64,000 bases of DNA from a bacterium. GTDB taxonomy: Bacteria > Patescibacteriota > Patescibacteriia > JAHIZJ01. The stretch covers positions 309-64,308 of the forward strand of contig JAUYLJ010000054.1 of the NCBI GenBank assembly GCA_030699685.1, written 5' to 3'. How positions within the stretch are numbered: position 1 is the first letter of the stretch; every line of letters begins with the position of its first letter. Shown here piece after piece: positions 9,918-18,452 of the stretch. A program made the position numbers and the translations under genes. Below the pieces are notes generated by a model, which saw only the letters and a program-made list of their open reading frames with translations, ran no database searches and had not been told where the DNA came from.

Positions 9918-10705
9918 CGATGGACAATGTGTGGAATTATCTTGAGCAACGAATCAGGGAATACGGTTGCGGTTTTCTGGCGATTGTTGACCCTGACAAG
10001 TATGTACTGTCGGATCTTTCCCGACTGTGCCGGGCGTTGAGAGCCGCAAACGTTGATGGGGTGCTGGTCGGAGGCACGATTCTAAAAAAAGGTCACGAGC
10101 ACTACGGTAAGATTGTGCTCGCATTGCGCCAGGGGTTGCCGGACGCGCCTGTCATTATCTTCCCTGGCGGTTCGGGCATGTACCGGTCATTGGTGCCGGG
10201 CGCGGACGCTATCTTCTTTCGTCAGCTGATCAGCGGGACGAACCGGAAGTATCTCTACACAGAACAATGCCTGGCTGGTATAAGGGCGAAACGGATGGGA
10301 ATCGAAGCAATCGCGGTGGGATACGTGTTTGTGCGTTCGCGGGCCATTCAAAGAGCGGCGGACATTACCAATACAACCCCGGTGCGTGAAGCAGACACGG
10401 AACGTGCCGTTGGGCTAGCAATACTCTCGGAGTCGACAGGAAAGCGCCTCATTTGGTTCGAGCGGGGAAGCAACGCCGAAGCACCTGTTCCCGAGCCGTT
10501 TATCAAAACCGTCTCGGCCCATCCCTTGGTGGAACTACCCATCATGGTTAGCGGCGGACTTCGCACTGCGGAAAATGTTCGAGCAGTGGTGCGCGCCGGT
10601 GCCAGGCTGACGGGAGTGGGAACGGTGATTGAACAAAGCAAGGATATTGAAGCTACGCTTAGTCCCTTGGTAAGTGCCGCTCATTGGCGCGCGTCGTCGG
10701 CTTGA
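9914..10705 (+). CDS. geranylgeranylglyceryl/heptaprenylglyceryl phosphate synthase (GGGPS/PcrB family, group II-like)
   Basis: VDPDK, LVGGT, IIFPG, ADAI, FERGSNA (cf. YLEAGSGA), VSGGLR, GVGT. Confidence 0.85.
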   Translation: MTMDNVWNYLEQRIREYGCGFLAIVDPDKYVLSDLSRLCRALRAANVDGVLVGGTILKKGHEHYGKIVLALRQGLPDAPVIIFPGGSGMYRSLVPGADAIFFRQLISGTNRKYLYTEQCLAGIRAKRMGIEAIAVGYVFVRSRAIQRAADITNTTPVREADTERAVGLAILSESTGKRLIWFERGSNAEAPVPEPFIKTVSAHPLVELPIMVSGGLRTAENVRAVVRAGARLTGVGTVIEQSKDIEATLSPLVSAAHWRASSA

Positions 10706-10815
10706 TGCCTGATGATAGCGCGTTTTTATTTTTAGTATAAACACAACTTCTAGTCTTCGCGATTTCAGCGAAGCTTCGTTATTGACCCAGTCCATCAGTA
10801 TGCTACGCTTATCGT

Positions 10816-11025
10816 AAGCCATTCCAGCCAGTATGCCTTCGTTCCTAAAACGTTCCTGGTTCTTTCGGAGCTTTCGGCATCGTGATGCCGGGACGCGAAA
10901 GACAGCGCGGCCGTCAAGCAAACCGGCAGGCTGGGATGTCCTCCATATCTCATTCCGCAGGGTTTGCGAACGAGAGTAGGCCTGCTTACCATCCCAGGAA
11001 CTAAGGCTGCTGGCTCAGGGATGGC
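10816..11025 (+). ncRNA. structured non-coding RNA of unknown family
   Basis: Promoter TTGACC(10782)-16-TGcTACGCT(10804); about 28-bp terminal helix 10818-10846/10996-11025 with U-G wobbles on the + strand; internal hairpins. Confidence 0.65.
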
Positions 11026-11064
11026 GAAGGATAGGGAGTTAGTTGGTGAATTAGTAATTGGGTA

Positions 11065-11337
11065 ATGATGGTGAACTGGAAGAAAAAAGTATATGTGGCG
11101 TTTTCTATCCTCTTGGGCATACTGCTTAGTCTATTGGCGCACGCTGGTATCGAAGCACTCTACTTGGGCTGGGCCGATGCAAACAATCAAGTAGTGACAT
11201 GGTACGGGGGCTGCTCTCTTCATCCCTTCATTCAGGCCGCAATCTTTGTTCTTGGAGCGGTGGGGGGATTCTTCCTGGGACTGTGGTGGTGGCGGATAGT
11301 CTACATTGAGAAGCGGCATTGGCATAAAAACAAATAA
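11065..11337 (+). CDS. hypothetical membrane protein
   Basis: Two TM segments, 90 aa. Confidence 0.7.
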   Translation: MMVNWKKKVYVAFSILLGILLSLLAHAGIEALYLGWADANNQVVTWYGGCSLHPFIQAAIFVLGAVGGFFLGLWWWRIVYIEKRHWHKNK

Positions 11338-11373
11338 CAAATTAGAAATAAGAAATAACAAACAACAGGCACT

Positions 11374-12558
11374 GTGGAGCTGAATTCTGACCAGCAGCAA
11401 GCTTTTAATAACGTGGTAGAGTGGATCGCCAAACCCTCAAGTCCTTTTTTGACTTTGGGGGGCTACGCCGGGACGGGAAAAACCACGCTACTCGCCTATA
11501 TTCGGAAACATCTCAAAAACGAGAAGAAGCTGAAAAAGCTCAGCGTCTCTTTTGTTTGTTACACTGGCAAAGCCGCGAACGTCTTAAAGCAGAAACTGGA
11601 CTCGCAAAACGCGCTGGGCCAGGATGACTCTGTTTCAACCATTCATCATTTGATTTACAAACCCGTCGAGGATGAGCAGGGAAATATCGTTGACTGGGTG
11701 CGGAGAGGCATGGAAGACGTCGCCGCCGACCTGATAGTCGTTGATGAAGGTTCAATGATTAATGAAACAATCTGGGGCGACCTGCTTTTCTTTGAAAAAC
11801 CGATTCTTGTGGTAGGCGATCATGGCCAGCTGCCGCCGGTTGAGGGCAGGTTTAACCTCATGGCCAACCCCGAAATCCGGCTGGAAACGATCGTGCGGCA
11901 ACAGGCCGAGAATCCCATCATCCGACTTTCCCAAATGGTCCGGCGAGGCTTACACATCCCCGTAGGGAAGTTTGAAAAGACCGTAGTGAAGCTGCCAAGA
12001 CTATCCCCAGAGGATGAACAAAAGATTTTCGCGAAGTACGATGAAAATTATCTTATTCTTTGCGGAAGAAACGCGACCAGAGTTCGTTTGAACATGGATG
12101 TCAGGCGGGCGCTTGGACACACGGGAGCAGAACCAGAGAAAGGGGAAAGAGTAATCTGCCTGAAAAATGATCGCGAAATCAACGTCTATAATGGTATGCT
12201 CGGCTGGATCCGCGAGCTGAGGCCGTATCGCAAACACTGGTATCGCGGCACGATCAAGCTCGACGGAGAGGAGATGTTTTACCGTGGAAAGTTTCTCAAG
12301 AATCAATTCGGCCTCGAAAAGACCATCCACAGCGATCGCGATCTTGGTATACTTGGCATCAGGACGTCAATGAAAAAAATGGGAAATCTTTTTGACTGGG
12401 GCTACGCGCTAACAGTGCATAAGGCTCAGGGCAGCGAGGCGCCGAACGTGATTGTGTACGAAGAGCGTTTGCCGGTCTACAACGATGAAATATGGCGCCG
12501 CTGGCTCTACACCGCGATTACTCGATCATCGGAAAAACTGGTGATAATAGGAAGCTGA
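11374..12558 (+). CDS. RecD/Dda-like SF1B helicase
   Basis: GYAGTGKTT, VVDEGSM, GDHGQLPPV, YALTVHKAQGSE, YTAITR. Confidence 0.92.
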   Translation: MELNSDQQQAFNNVVEWIAKPSSPFLTLGGYAGTGKTTLLAYIRKHLKNEKKLKKLSVSFVCYTGKAANVLKQKLDSQNALGQDDSVSTIHHLIYKPVEDEQGNIVDWVRRGMEDVAADLIVVDEGSMINETIWGDLLFFEKPILVVGDHGQLPPVEGRFNLMANPEIRLETIVRQQAENPIIRLSQMVRRGLHIPVGKFEKTVVKLPRLSPEDEQKIFAKYDENYLILCGRNATRVRLNMDVRRALGHTGAEPEKGERVICLKNDREINVYNGMLGWIRELRPYRKHWYRGTIKLDGEEMFYRGKFLKNQFGLEKTIHSDRDLGILGIRTSMKKMGNLFDWGYALTVHKAQGSEAPNVIVYEERLPVYNDEIWRRWLYTAITRSSEKLVIIGS

Positions 12559-12880
12559 ATTAGATAACAAAACGGGACTCGTAATAAGTCCCAGGCTGGA
12601 AGGGCAGCTAACTGGAGCCGGCGTGGTTGTTCGGGCTAACAGTTTGGCGGATAGCAGCATCGCGGTCAGGCCTAAAGTGAAATTCGAAACGCATGATACT
12701 AACAAACACTATTTTTCCACAGAAAATAGTACTAATTTTGGCACTATTAATTGTAATATTCATATTTGCAATTATTTCTCAGAATACAAAACTGTACATA
12801 ATTTGGCACTAATCGTTGATATGAAAGAATCCTGAACGAAAGCGAATTCCATAATTTTACACAGGGCGTGCTTGACTAAA

Positions 12881-12901
12881 CACACTACAAGGTGTAGTGT
12901 G
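12881..12901. promoter_or_regulatory. operator palindrome in promoter
   Basis: Perfect CACACTACA-AGG-TGTAGTGTG between TTGACT (12872) and the -10 TAGTGT; TACA/TGTA core recalls BlaI/CopY boxes. Confidence 0.65.
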
Positions 12902-12920
12902 ATAGCAGAAGGCCAAAAAA

Positions 12921-13343
12921 ATGAAAGAAAGAAATTTCAAAACGGGAATAGCAGTACTGGTTATAGCATTTCTTGCCTATTCTGTTGTTGGATACTTAGG
13001 CATGAGTCTTACTCACCACTCGCAAGATAATGGGATGTGCCCGCTGGCGCCATTTTTGAATCAATCATGCGGCGTCACCGATATCGCCTCTGCTACAGGA
13101 TTACATCACTTGCTTGGTGGCAAGGCTTTTTTTCAATCCTGGCTCAGTTTTACCACAATCCTGATTGCTGCCGTACTGATGGTGCTTTCTTTCGCGGTCA
13201 TTAGCTCGACTGGGAACAGGCAGGTGGGAAGTTCTTGGTTTTTTTATTTCCAGCATTTCAAGTCGCAATTCAGACGGAAAGCCAATAAAAACTTTCTTCG
13301 CTGGTTAGTTCGAATACAATACGAATCTGCAGCTCCGATATGA
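12921..13343 (+). CDS. hypothetical membrane protein with HH..MCP..C..HH motif (possible regulatory uORF)
   Basis: Two TM segments flanking a His/Cys/Met loop; followed by alternative hairpins. Confidence 0.7.
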   Translation: MKERNFKTGIAVLVIAFLAYSVVGYLGMSLTHHSQDNGMCPLAPFLNQSCGVTDIASATGLHHLLGGKAFFQSWLSFTTILIAAVLMVLSFAVISSTGNRQVGSSWFFYFQHFKSQFRRKANKNFLRWLVRIQYESAAPI

Positions 13344-13422
13344 TGGGGTAGTGATGATTCCTATTCCCTTTGCGGAATAGCGCAATGTGCTGCTGCCCCG
13401 TCCGCTAACTGTCGGGGTTTTT
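13342..13422 (+). promoter_or_regulatory. putative attenuator (antiterminator/terminator)
   Basis: GATGGGGTAGTG (13342-13353) pairs with TGCTGCCCCGTC (13391-13402), competing with GCCCCG..CGGGGT-TTTT (13395-13422). Confidence 0.5.
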
Positions 13423-13444
13423 GTATTTAACAAATCACATCATT

Positions 13445-13948
13445 ATGAAAAAATTGCTTAATAAATACTTCTGGACCAGCGTGGTAGTCACTGTTGTAGT
13501 CTTACTGCTCATTGTGGCGGGCAATAGCGGTCAGGCTGGCCAGCAATCTACCACCGCGGGAGTGCTCACGGTTGCCGAAGCAATGCATGATTTCGGGACT
13601 ATCTCGATGCAAAACGGTACAGTCAGTTATCAGTATGAATTGGTGAACACGGGAACAGAAGCCGTGGTGATACAAGAGGCATATACCTCCTGCATGTGCA
13701 CGACCGCCACGATCATTGACTCGAAAGGAGAGCGTCATGGTGTTTTTGGCATGACGGGGCACGGTCTTCAGCGCAAGGCATCAATCGAAGTTCCGCCGGG
13801 AAAGTCCGTCACCGTTGAAGCGGTGTTCGATCCTGCCGCCCACGGGCCCAGCGGTGTCGGGACTATTGAGCGCACTGTCACGGTGGAAACAAACTCTGAA
13901 TCAGCGTCCGAAGTCAATCTGGACTTCCGCGCAACGGTAACGCGATAA
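13445..13948 (+). CDS. DUF1573 Ig-like domain protein
   Basis: HDFGTI..YELVNTG..TSCMCT..FDPAAHGPSGVG; N-terminal TM. Confidence 0.8.
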   Translation: MKKLLNKYFWTSVVVTVVVLLLIVAGNSGQAGQQSTTAGVLTVAEAMHDFGTISMQNGTVSYQYELVNTGTEAVVIQEAYTSCMCTTATIIDSKGERHGVFGMTGHGLQRKASIEVPPGKSVTVEAVFDPAAHGPSGVGTIERTVTVETNSESASEVNLDFRATVTR

Positions 13949-13950
13949 CA

Positions 13951-14862
13951 ATGGATATATTACTTACCGCCTCCATTCTCGCGGCGTTTCTAGCCGGAGC
14001 GGTGGCGCTCTTTGCTCCCTGCTGCATTACCGTGTTGCTGCCCGCGTACATGGCTTCCGCCTTTCGGCAAAAGCAGAACATGCTTCGGATGACTTTCGTG
14101 TTTTTTGCGGGCATTTCGGTTATCCTGGTGCCGATCGGAATGGGAGCAGCCGGGCTCGCGGCGGTGTTTGAAAATTACCATCGCGAACTCTACATCATCG
14201 GCGGCAGTCTGATGATTGTCTTTGCCGTGATGTCGGTTCTCGGAAAAGGTGTTAGTTTGCTTCCGTCGGTGAAACAAGCTCCAAAAAACCTGAACAAAAT
14301 GGGAGTGAAATCTGTCTTTGTTCTGGGAATATTTTCCGGTGCGGCCACTTCCTGCTGCGCGCCGGTTCTGGCTGGGGCGATGACGCTGGCTGTTATTTCA
14401 GGAGTATTCTGGAAAGGGGTGATAGTAACCTTTGCCTACGTGTTCGGAATGACGCTTCCGCTCTTTTTGACGGCGTATTTCTACGACCGTTTCCGGATCG
14501 AAAAATCTAAGCTGATCAGGGGAAAAATCTTCGAGTGGCGTATTGGCGGAAAACAGCTCTATGTCCACTCCACTAATCTCTTCTCAGGCTTCATTTTCGC
14601 GCTGATGGGCATAGCGTTGCTGGCCGTTGCGCTTTCCGGCAATCCTTTCTGGGCACCTGAGTATCAAGTGGCCATTGGGGAAAACATCACGGAATGGTCG
14701 AAAGGACTATTCACGGCACTGAGCGTTATTCCCGATATCGTTTGGGGGGCTATCGTGATCGGGCTTTTTATCCTGTTTCTCGTGACGGCTCTCAGAAAAG
14801 GTCCGGCATCCTCAAAAGAAAAGACTGAGGATACGCCATCCTGCTGCCGTGATTCATCATGA
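13951..14862 (+). CDS. CcdA/DsbD-like thiol-disulfide membrane protein
   Basis: FAPCCITVLLPAY and SCCAPVL motifs in TM segments. Confidence 0.82.
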   Translation: MDILLTASILAAFLAGAVALFAPCCITVLLPAYMASAFRQKQNMLRMTFVFFAGISVILVPIGMGAAGLAAVFENYHRELYIIGGSLMIVFAVMSVLGKGVSLLPSVKQAPKNLNKMGVKSVFVLGIFSGAATSCCAPVLAGAMTLAVISGVFWKGVIVTFAYVFGMTLPLFLTAYFYDRFRIEKSKLIRGKIFEWRIGGKQLYVHSTNLFSGFIFALMGIALLAVALSGNPFWAPEYQVAIGENITEWSKGLFTALSVIPDIVWGAIVIGLFILFLVTALRKGPASSKEKTEDTPSCCRDSS

Positions 14863-15551
14863 AATTAACCACTAAGAAAAAAACCATGAGTAAGTACAAC
14901 GCATTCAATATCGTCGTGGCGAGCGTGTTAACGCTTGTGTTCGCGTTCAATCAGTCGCAGATAAGCATCATCCACACGTTCATGCATCCAGCGGACGCCG
15001 AGGCCAGCCAAGATTCCGCCGTCGAAACTGAAAAAAAGCCTTTGGCGGTTTCCAGTGGACTGGTTGAAGAAGCGATTGCGGCGGCTGTTCCTACCGGCAC
15101 GCCGTCTGTCGAGGGTTCGCAAGGGGTAATTAATTACGGTGCCGAACTAAAGATCAGCTATGATCAGGCGGCTCAGACGATTCCCGTGTTGGCTCCGCAC
15201 GAGCAGGATACCCGGACAGAAAAACTGACTGGCGAACTTCTGGAAAGATACGTTGATGTGGGGAGTAAAACCAGCTGCGAGTACTGCTGCGGCGCCCGGA
15301 CTATGGTGTTCCCTGACGGAAAAAAAGCCTGTGGCTGCGCTCATTCGGCAGCAATGAGAGGCCTGGCCGCCTATTTGCTCGATAATTATGGAGACCAACT
15401 GAGTACTGAGCAGATACTTGAAGAAGTCAACAAAGTTAAAGCAACGTATTTTCCCCGTCAGTCGGCAGAAAAGGTAATAGCCGCTTCACAGGGAGGATCG
15501 ATTGACACATCAGTATTAAATTCGCTTTCGCCCCAGGTCGGGGGCTGTTAA
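14859..15551 (+). CDS. hypothetical Cys-rich protein (CEYCC..CGCAHS), C-terminal QVGGC
   Basis: ORF track; N-terminal TM; operon context. Confidence 0.8.
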   Translation: MKLTTKKKTMSKYNAFNIVVASVLTLVFAFNQSQISIIHTFMHPADAEASQDSAVETEKKPLAVSSGLVEEAIAAAVPTGTPSVEGSQGVINYGAELKISYDQAAQTIPVLAPHEQDTRTEKLTGELLERYVDVGSKTSCEYCCGARTMVFPDGKKACGCAHSAAMRGLAAYLLDNYGDQLSTEQILEEVNKVKATYFPRQSAEKVIAASQGGSIDTSVLNSLSPQVGGC

Positions 15552-15592
15552 CAAGCAAAGGTTCGAATAATAATCACAATTAACGCACAACA

Positions 15593-15910
15593 ATGACTGA
15601 CCAAAAACATTTTTGCACGAAGGTTCATCTTGATGACATTCTCCATCAGGAACAGCTCGAAAAAAAAGAAGAGCAAAAACGGAAATTTCGCTGGGATACC
15701 AATAGTATTCTTTCCGGCGTTATGGCCGTCCTGCTGGTAGTGAGTTTGGTTCAGGCGGTTCAGCTGTCCCGAGTTAAAAACATAGTATCGGCGCAGGAAA
15801 CTAATGCAGTAACCAAGGTCGCGCCGTCAGCAAACGCGGGCCAACAGCCAACCGCGCCTTCTTCAGCCAGCGGAACTAAGGCTTTGCCGGCACAAGTAGG
15901 GGGATGTTAA
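15593..15910 (+). CDS. hypothetical single-TM protein, C-terminal QVGGC
   Basis: ORF track; low-complexity linker then LPAQVGGC. Confidence 0.75.
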   Translation: MTDQKHFCTKVHLDDILHQEQLEKKEEQKRKFRWDTNSILSGVMAVLLVVSLVQAVQLSRVKNIVSAQETNAVTKVAPSANAGQQPTAPSSASGTKALPAQVGGC

Positions 15911-16497
15911 GGATGGGCAAAGAAAGAATACTCAGCTGGGTGCTTGTGGTGTTGGCCCTTGCTAGCCTTCTCTGGACCGTCATAAGCTTTATCAATAGCC
16001 CCTCGGACGCAAAAAGTTTTTCCGGCGAAGAGGAGGACTTTGCCCGGGCGCTTGCCGACGAACTGCCAGACAAGTGTCAGACGCCTGAAGGCTACACCGA
16101 TGAAGAATGGCTCGAGCACATGGGCCATCATCCAGATCGTTATCAAGAATGCCTCAATGTTGCGGAAGCTGACGCGGCGGATCCAGGGTACCAGACGATA
16201 TCGGCGGATGATCTTGCCGCCATGATGCCATACAAGGATTTCACCATGATTGACGTCCATGTACCGGAACAGAAGCATATCTCGGGAACGGATGCTGTCA
16301 TACCGTATGACGATATTGCCGGCTACATCGACGAGCTCCCCAGCAATAAAAACGCGAAGATACTGTTATATTGCCGTTCGGGCAGCATGAGCGCCCAGGC
16401 GGCGGAAACTCTCGCTCAGATGGGATACACGAATGTCGCGCACTTGGCCGGAGGAACGAACGCATGGACTAATGCCGGCTATGAACTTGAGGACTAA
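15904..16497 (+). CDS. membrane-anchored rhodanese domain protein
   Basis: IDV..H I.G, LLYCRSGSMS, LAGGTNAW; N-terminal C..HMGHH..C insert; start 15904 or 15913. Confidence 0.88.
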   Translation: MLRMGKERILSWVLVVLALASLLWTVISFINSPSDAKSFSGEEEDFARALADELPDKCQTPEGYTDEEWLEHMGHHPDRYQECLNVAEADAADPGYQTISADDLAAMMPYKDFTMIDVHVPEQKHISGTDAVIPYDDIAGYIDELPSNKNAKILLYCRSGSMSAQAAETLAQMGYTNVAHLAGGTNAWTNAGYELED

Positions 16498-16500
16498 GAA

Positions 16501-16998
16501 GTGATGATTTTTTCCGAAACAAGTCGTCGGAATGTGCCCGCGCGGTCTGTAGCGTGGGGTTCGGTGGCCGCGACAGTATTGTTCGGGCTATTCGCCGGAA
16601 TAGTCAGACTGGCTGAAGGAAACTGGCAGGCGGTGAGGATTCAGCTGGAGGATAACGGCGCATTCATCGTGTTACTGGCACTGGGTTTCGGCGTCCAACT
16701 TGGCCTGTGGTACTATCTGAAAACGGTTCGGAAAAGCCAGTCTGGAAAATACAACAGACTGGCTTCCGGGGCGGGCGCTTCTTCCACCACTTCCATGCTC
16801 GCGTGCTGCAGCCATTATCTCGTTAACGTGTTTCCTTGGCTGGGACTGGCCAGTGTCAGCGCGCAATTTATGCAGTACCAGAGGGAAATTTTGCTGATAG
16901 GAATCAGTATTAATCTCCTCGGTATTGCCTATATGCTTCGACATGTCTCACACTATCACCAGTCTATAAAAGCTTGTCCGAAGATTGAGTCAGCGTGA
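16501..16998 (+). CDS. hypothetical membrane protein (SMLACCSH motif)
   Basis: 4 TM with intramembrane CC. Confidence 0.75.
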   Translation: MMIFSETSRRNVPARSVAWGSVAATVLFGLFAGIVRLAEGNWQAVRIQLEDNGAFIVLLALGFGVQLGLWYYLKTVRKSQSGKYNRLASGAGASSTTSMLACCSHYLVNVFPWLGLASVSAQFMQYQREILLIGISINLLGIAYMLRHVSHYHQSIKACPKIESA

Positions 16999-17002
16999 TG
17001 GG

Positions 17003-18295
17003 TTACGCTTCTCTCAAATAGCCCCAGGTATGCAATTTGTCGTTATCTTCGTACCAGCGGTCGCCGATATCCATGCGATAGTACATATTGGGAATCAGTA
17101 TATTCTGAATGCGGTTGTAGGCTTGTTGCTGGGCCTGTTTCATCGTGGTGCCCGTACCGGCGACAATTAATGCCACTCCCGCCGATCCTGTCACAACCCA
17201 TTGATCGTTGGTGAGTTTGACGTCTTCAATATGGATCCCCTCAAGGTTCTTTTTCTTGAAAACCACCGTCGCTCCCTTGGAATACGAATCAAAGGTTTTT
17301 TTATCACGATAGGGGAAAGGCGGAACCACGACGCGAATGCCTATTTGAAAGCCCTTTTTCACCTTCAGGTGAGGGTCGCGTCCATAGGCCAGATCGGCCA
17401 AGAACTCACCGATCGGAGTGATCATCCCTTCTTGCTGAACACTGATGGTCGGATAGCCGAAGCGAGGGGTGAACTCAAGGGGATAAATTCCATTGCCATT
17501 GACGATGCAGTTAAGATCGACATACCCCACGAAGCGCTCTTCGGCCAGCTTACTCTCCATCTTCCCGATCGTTTGATTGAAGAGCCGGTTTGGACCCGAC
17601 CAGAACATCGTCGCTCCCATGTCGCCAGTCGATGGGCCGAGGTTTCCCGGAAACAGCTTCTTAAATTCAAAATTTACGTTGATGGGCTGAACAAACTGCT
17701 TGCCGTTAAAGAATGCTCCTACAGCGATCTCTACGCCGCTCACCCGCTTCTGGATCTGGAAGACTTTTATATGACTACTCCAAACGCGCTTATACGCTTC
17801 TAGGACGCGGATGACATCGCTGCCATCTTCTTCTTGGCCGACAAAAAGGAGCCGTTTGATATTTTGTGCCTCGCCGCTAGGCTTGATAACGTATTTTTCC
17901 GGATGTTCGTGGACGTAACGAATGGCGTCATCAAAGTTCGTAAATTCTTGATAGGAAAGGATGGGAATGCCAAAGCGTTTGAGCTCTTCCTGCCCGAAAG
18001 ACCGGTCTTCTTCAAGTCTGTCAGTGTAAGGTGTGCCGCCGATTACCGCTTTTCCTTGCCGGCGAAGTTTGTCTGCTTTGACCCCCATCCCCAGCGTGTC
18101 GTCAAAGATGATTACATCAGCCCAGTCGACCCGCTTTCGCCAGTCGTCAGTTTTCGGCACGAAACCGTCGGCAATGTCCGCTTCCAGCTTATTCTCAATA
18201 TCATACAGGACGTCGTGGCCCTCTTTATGCGCCTGCCAGGCGATATCGCCGATCAGTCCGTCGTCGGAAACGAAAAGAAATTTGATGGGTTTCAT
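17003..18295 (-). CDS. PurD (GAR synthetase)-like ATP-grasp ligase
   Basis: VIKPSG, NFEFKKLFPGNLGPSTGDMG, LEFTPRFGYP, YYRMDIG; divergent N-terminus; no other pur genes nearby. Confidence 0.8.
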   Translation of the reverse strand: MKPIKFLFVSDDGLIGDIAWQAHKEGHDVLYDIENKLEADIADGFVPKTDDWRKRVDWADVIIFDDTLGMGVKADKLRRQGKAVIGGTPYTDRLEEDRSFGQEELKRFGIPILSYQEFTNFDDAIRYVHEHPEKYVIKPSGEAQNIKRLLFVGQEEDGSDVIRVLEAYKRVWSSHIKVFQIQKRVSGVEIAVGAFFNGKQFVQPINVNFEFKKLFPGNLGPSTGDMGATMFWSGPNRLFNQTIGKMESKLAEERFVGYVDLNCIVNGNGIYPLEFTPRFGYPTISVQQEGMITPIGEFLADLAYGRDPHLKVKKGFQIGIRVVVPPFPYRDKKTFDSYSKGATVVFKKKNLEGIHIEDVKLTNDQWVVTGSAGVALIVAGTGTTMKQAQQQAYNRIQNILIPNMYYRMDIGDRWYEDNDKLHTWGYLREA

Positions 18296-18452
18296 GGCAA
18301 TGAAGTAATACAAAACAAAACCACTGGCGATGATTCGGTGTTTTGTTTAAATTCGTCTGTCATTAATATTGATACTGTTCCCACAGTATACAGCAATCGC
18401 TTATTGAATACCATACTTGTGCGTCCATCATTCCGACGCTATACTTCACCGT

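Noticed and set aside
10890-10935. Resemblance of GGGACGCGAAAG..GGCC..CGGCAG to a c-di-GMP-I riboswitch
   Set aside because: The upstream GGCAAA/GNRA element is missing and the segment is embedded in a larger closed helix
12623-12835. ORF and repeated TTTGGCACTA as sigma54 promoters
   Set aside because: AT-rich intergenic DNA with no recognisable protein; spacing to a -12 TTGC does not fit
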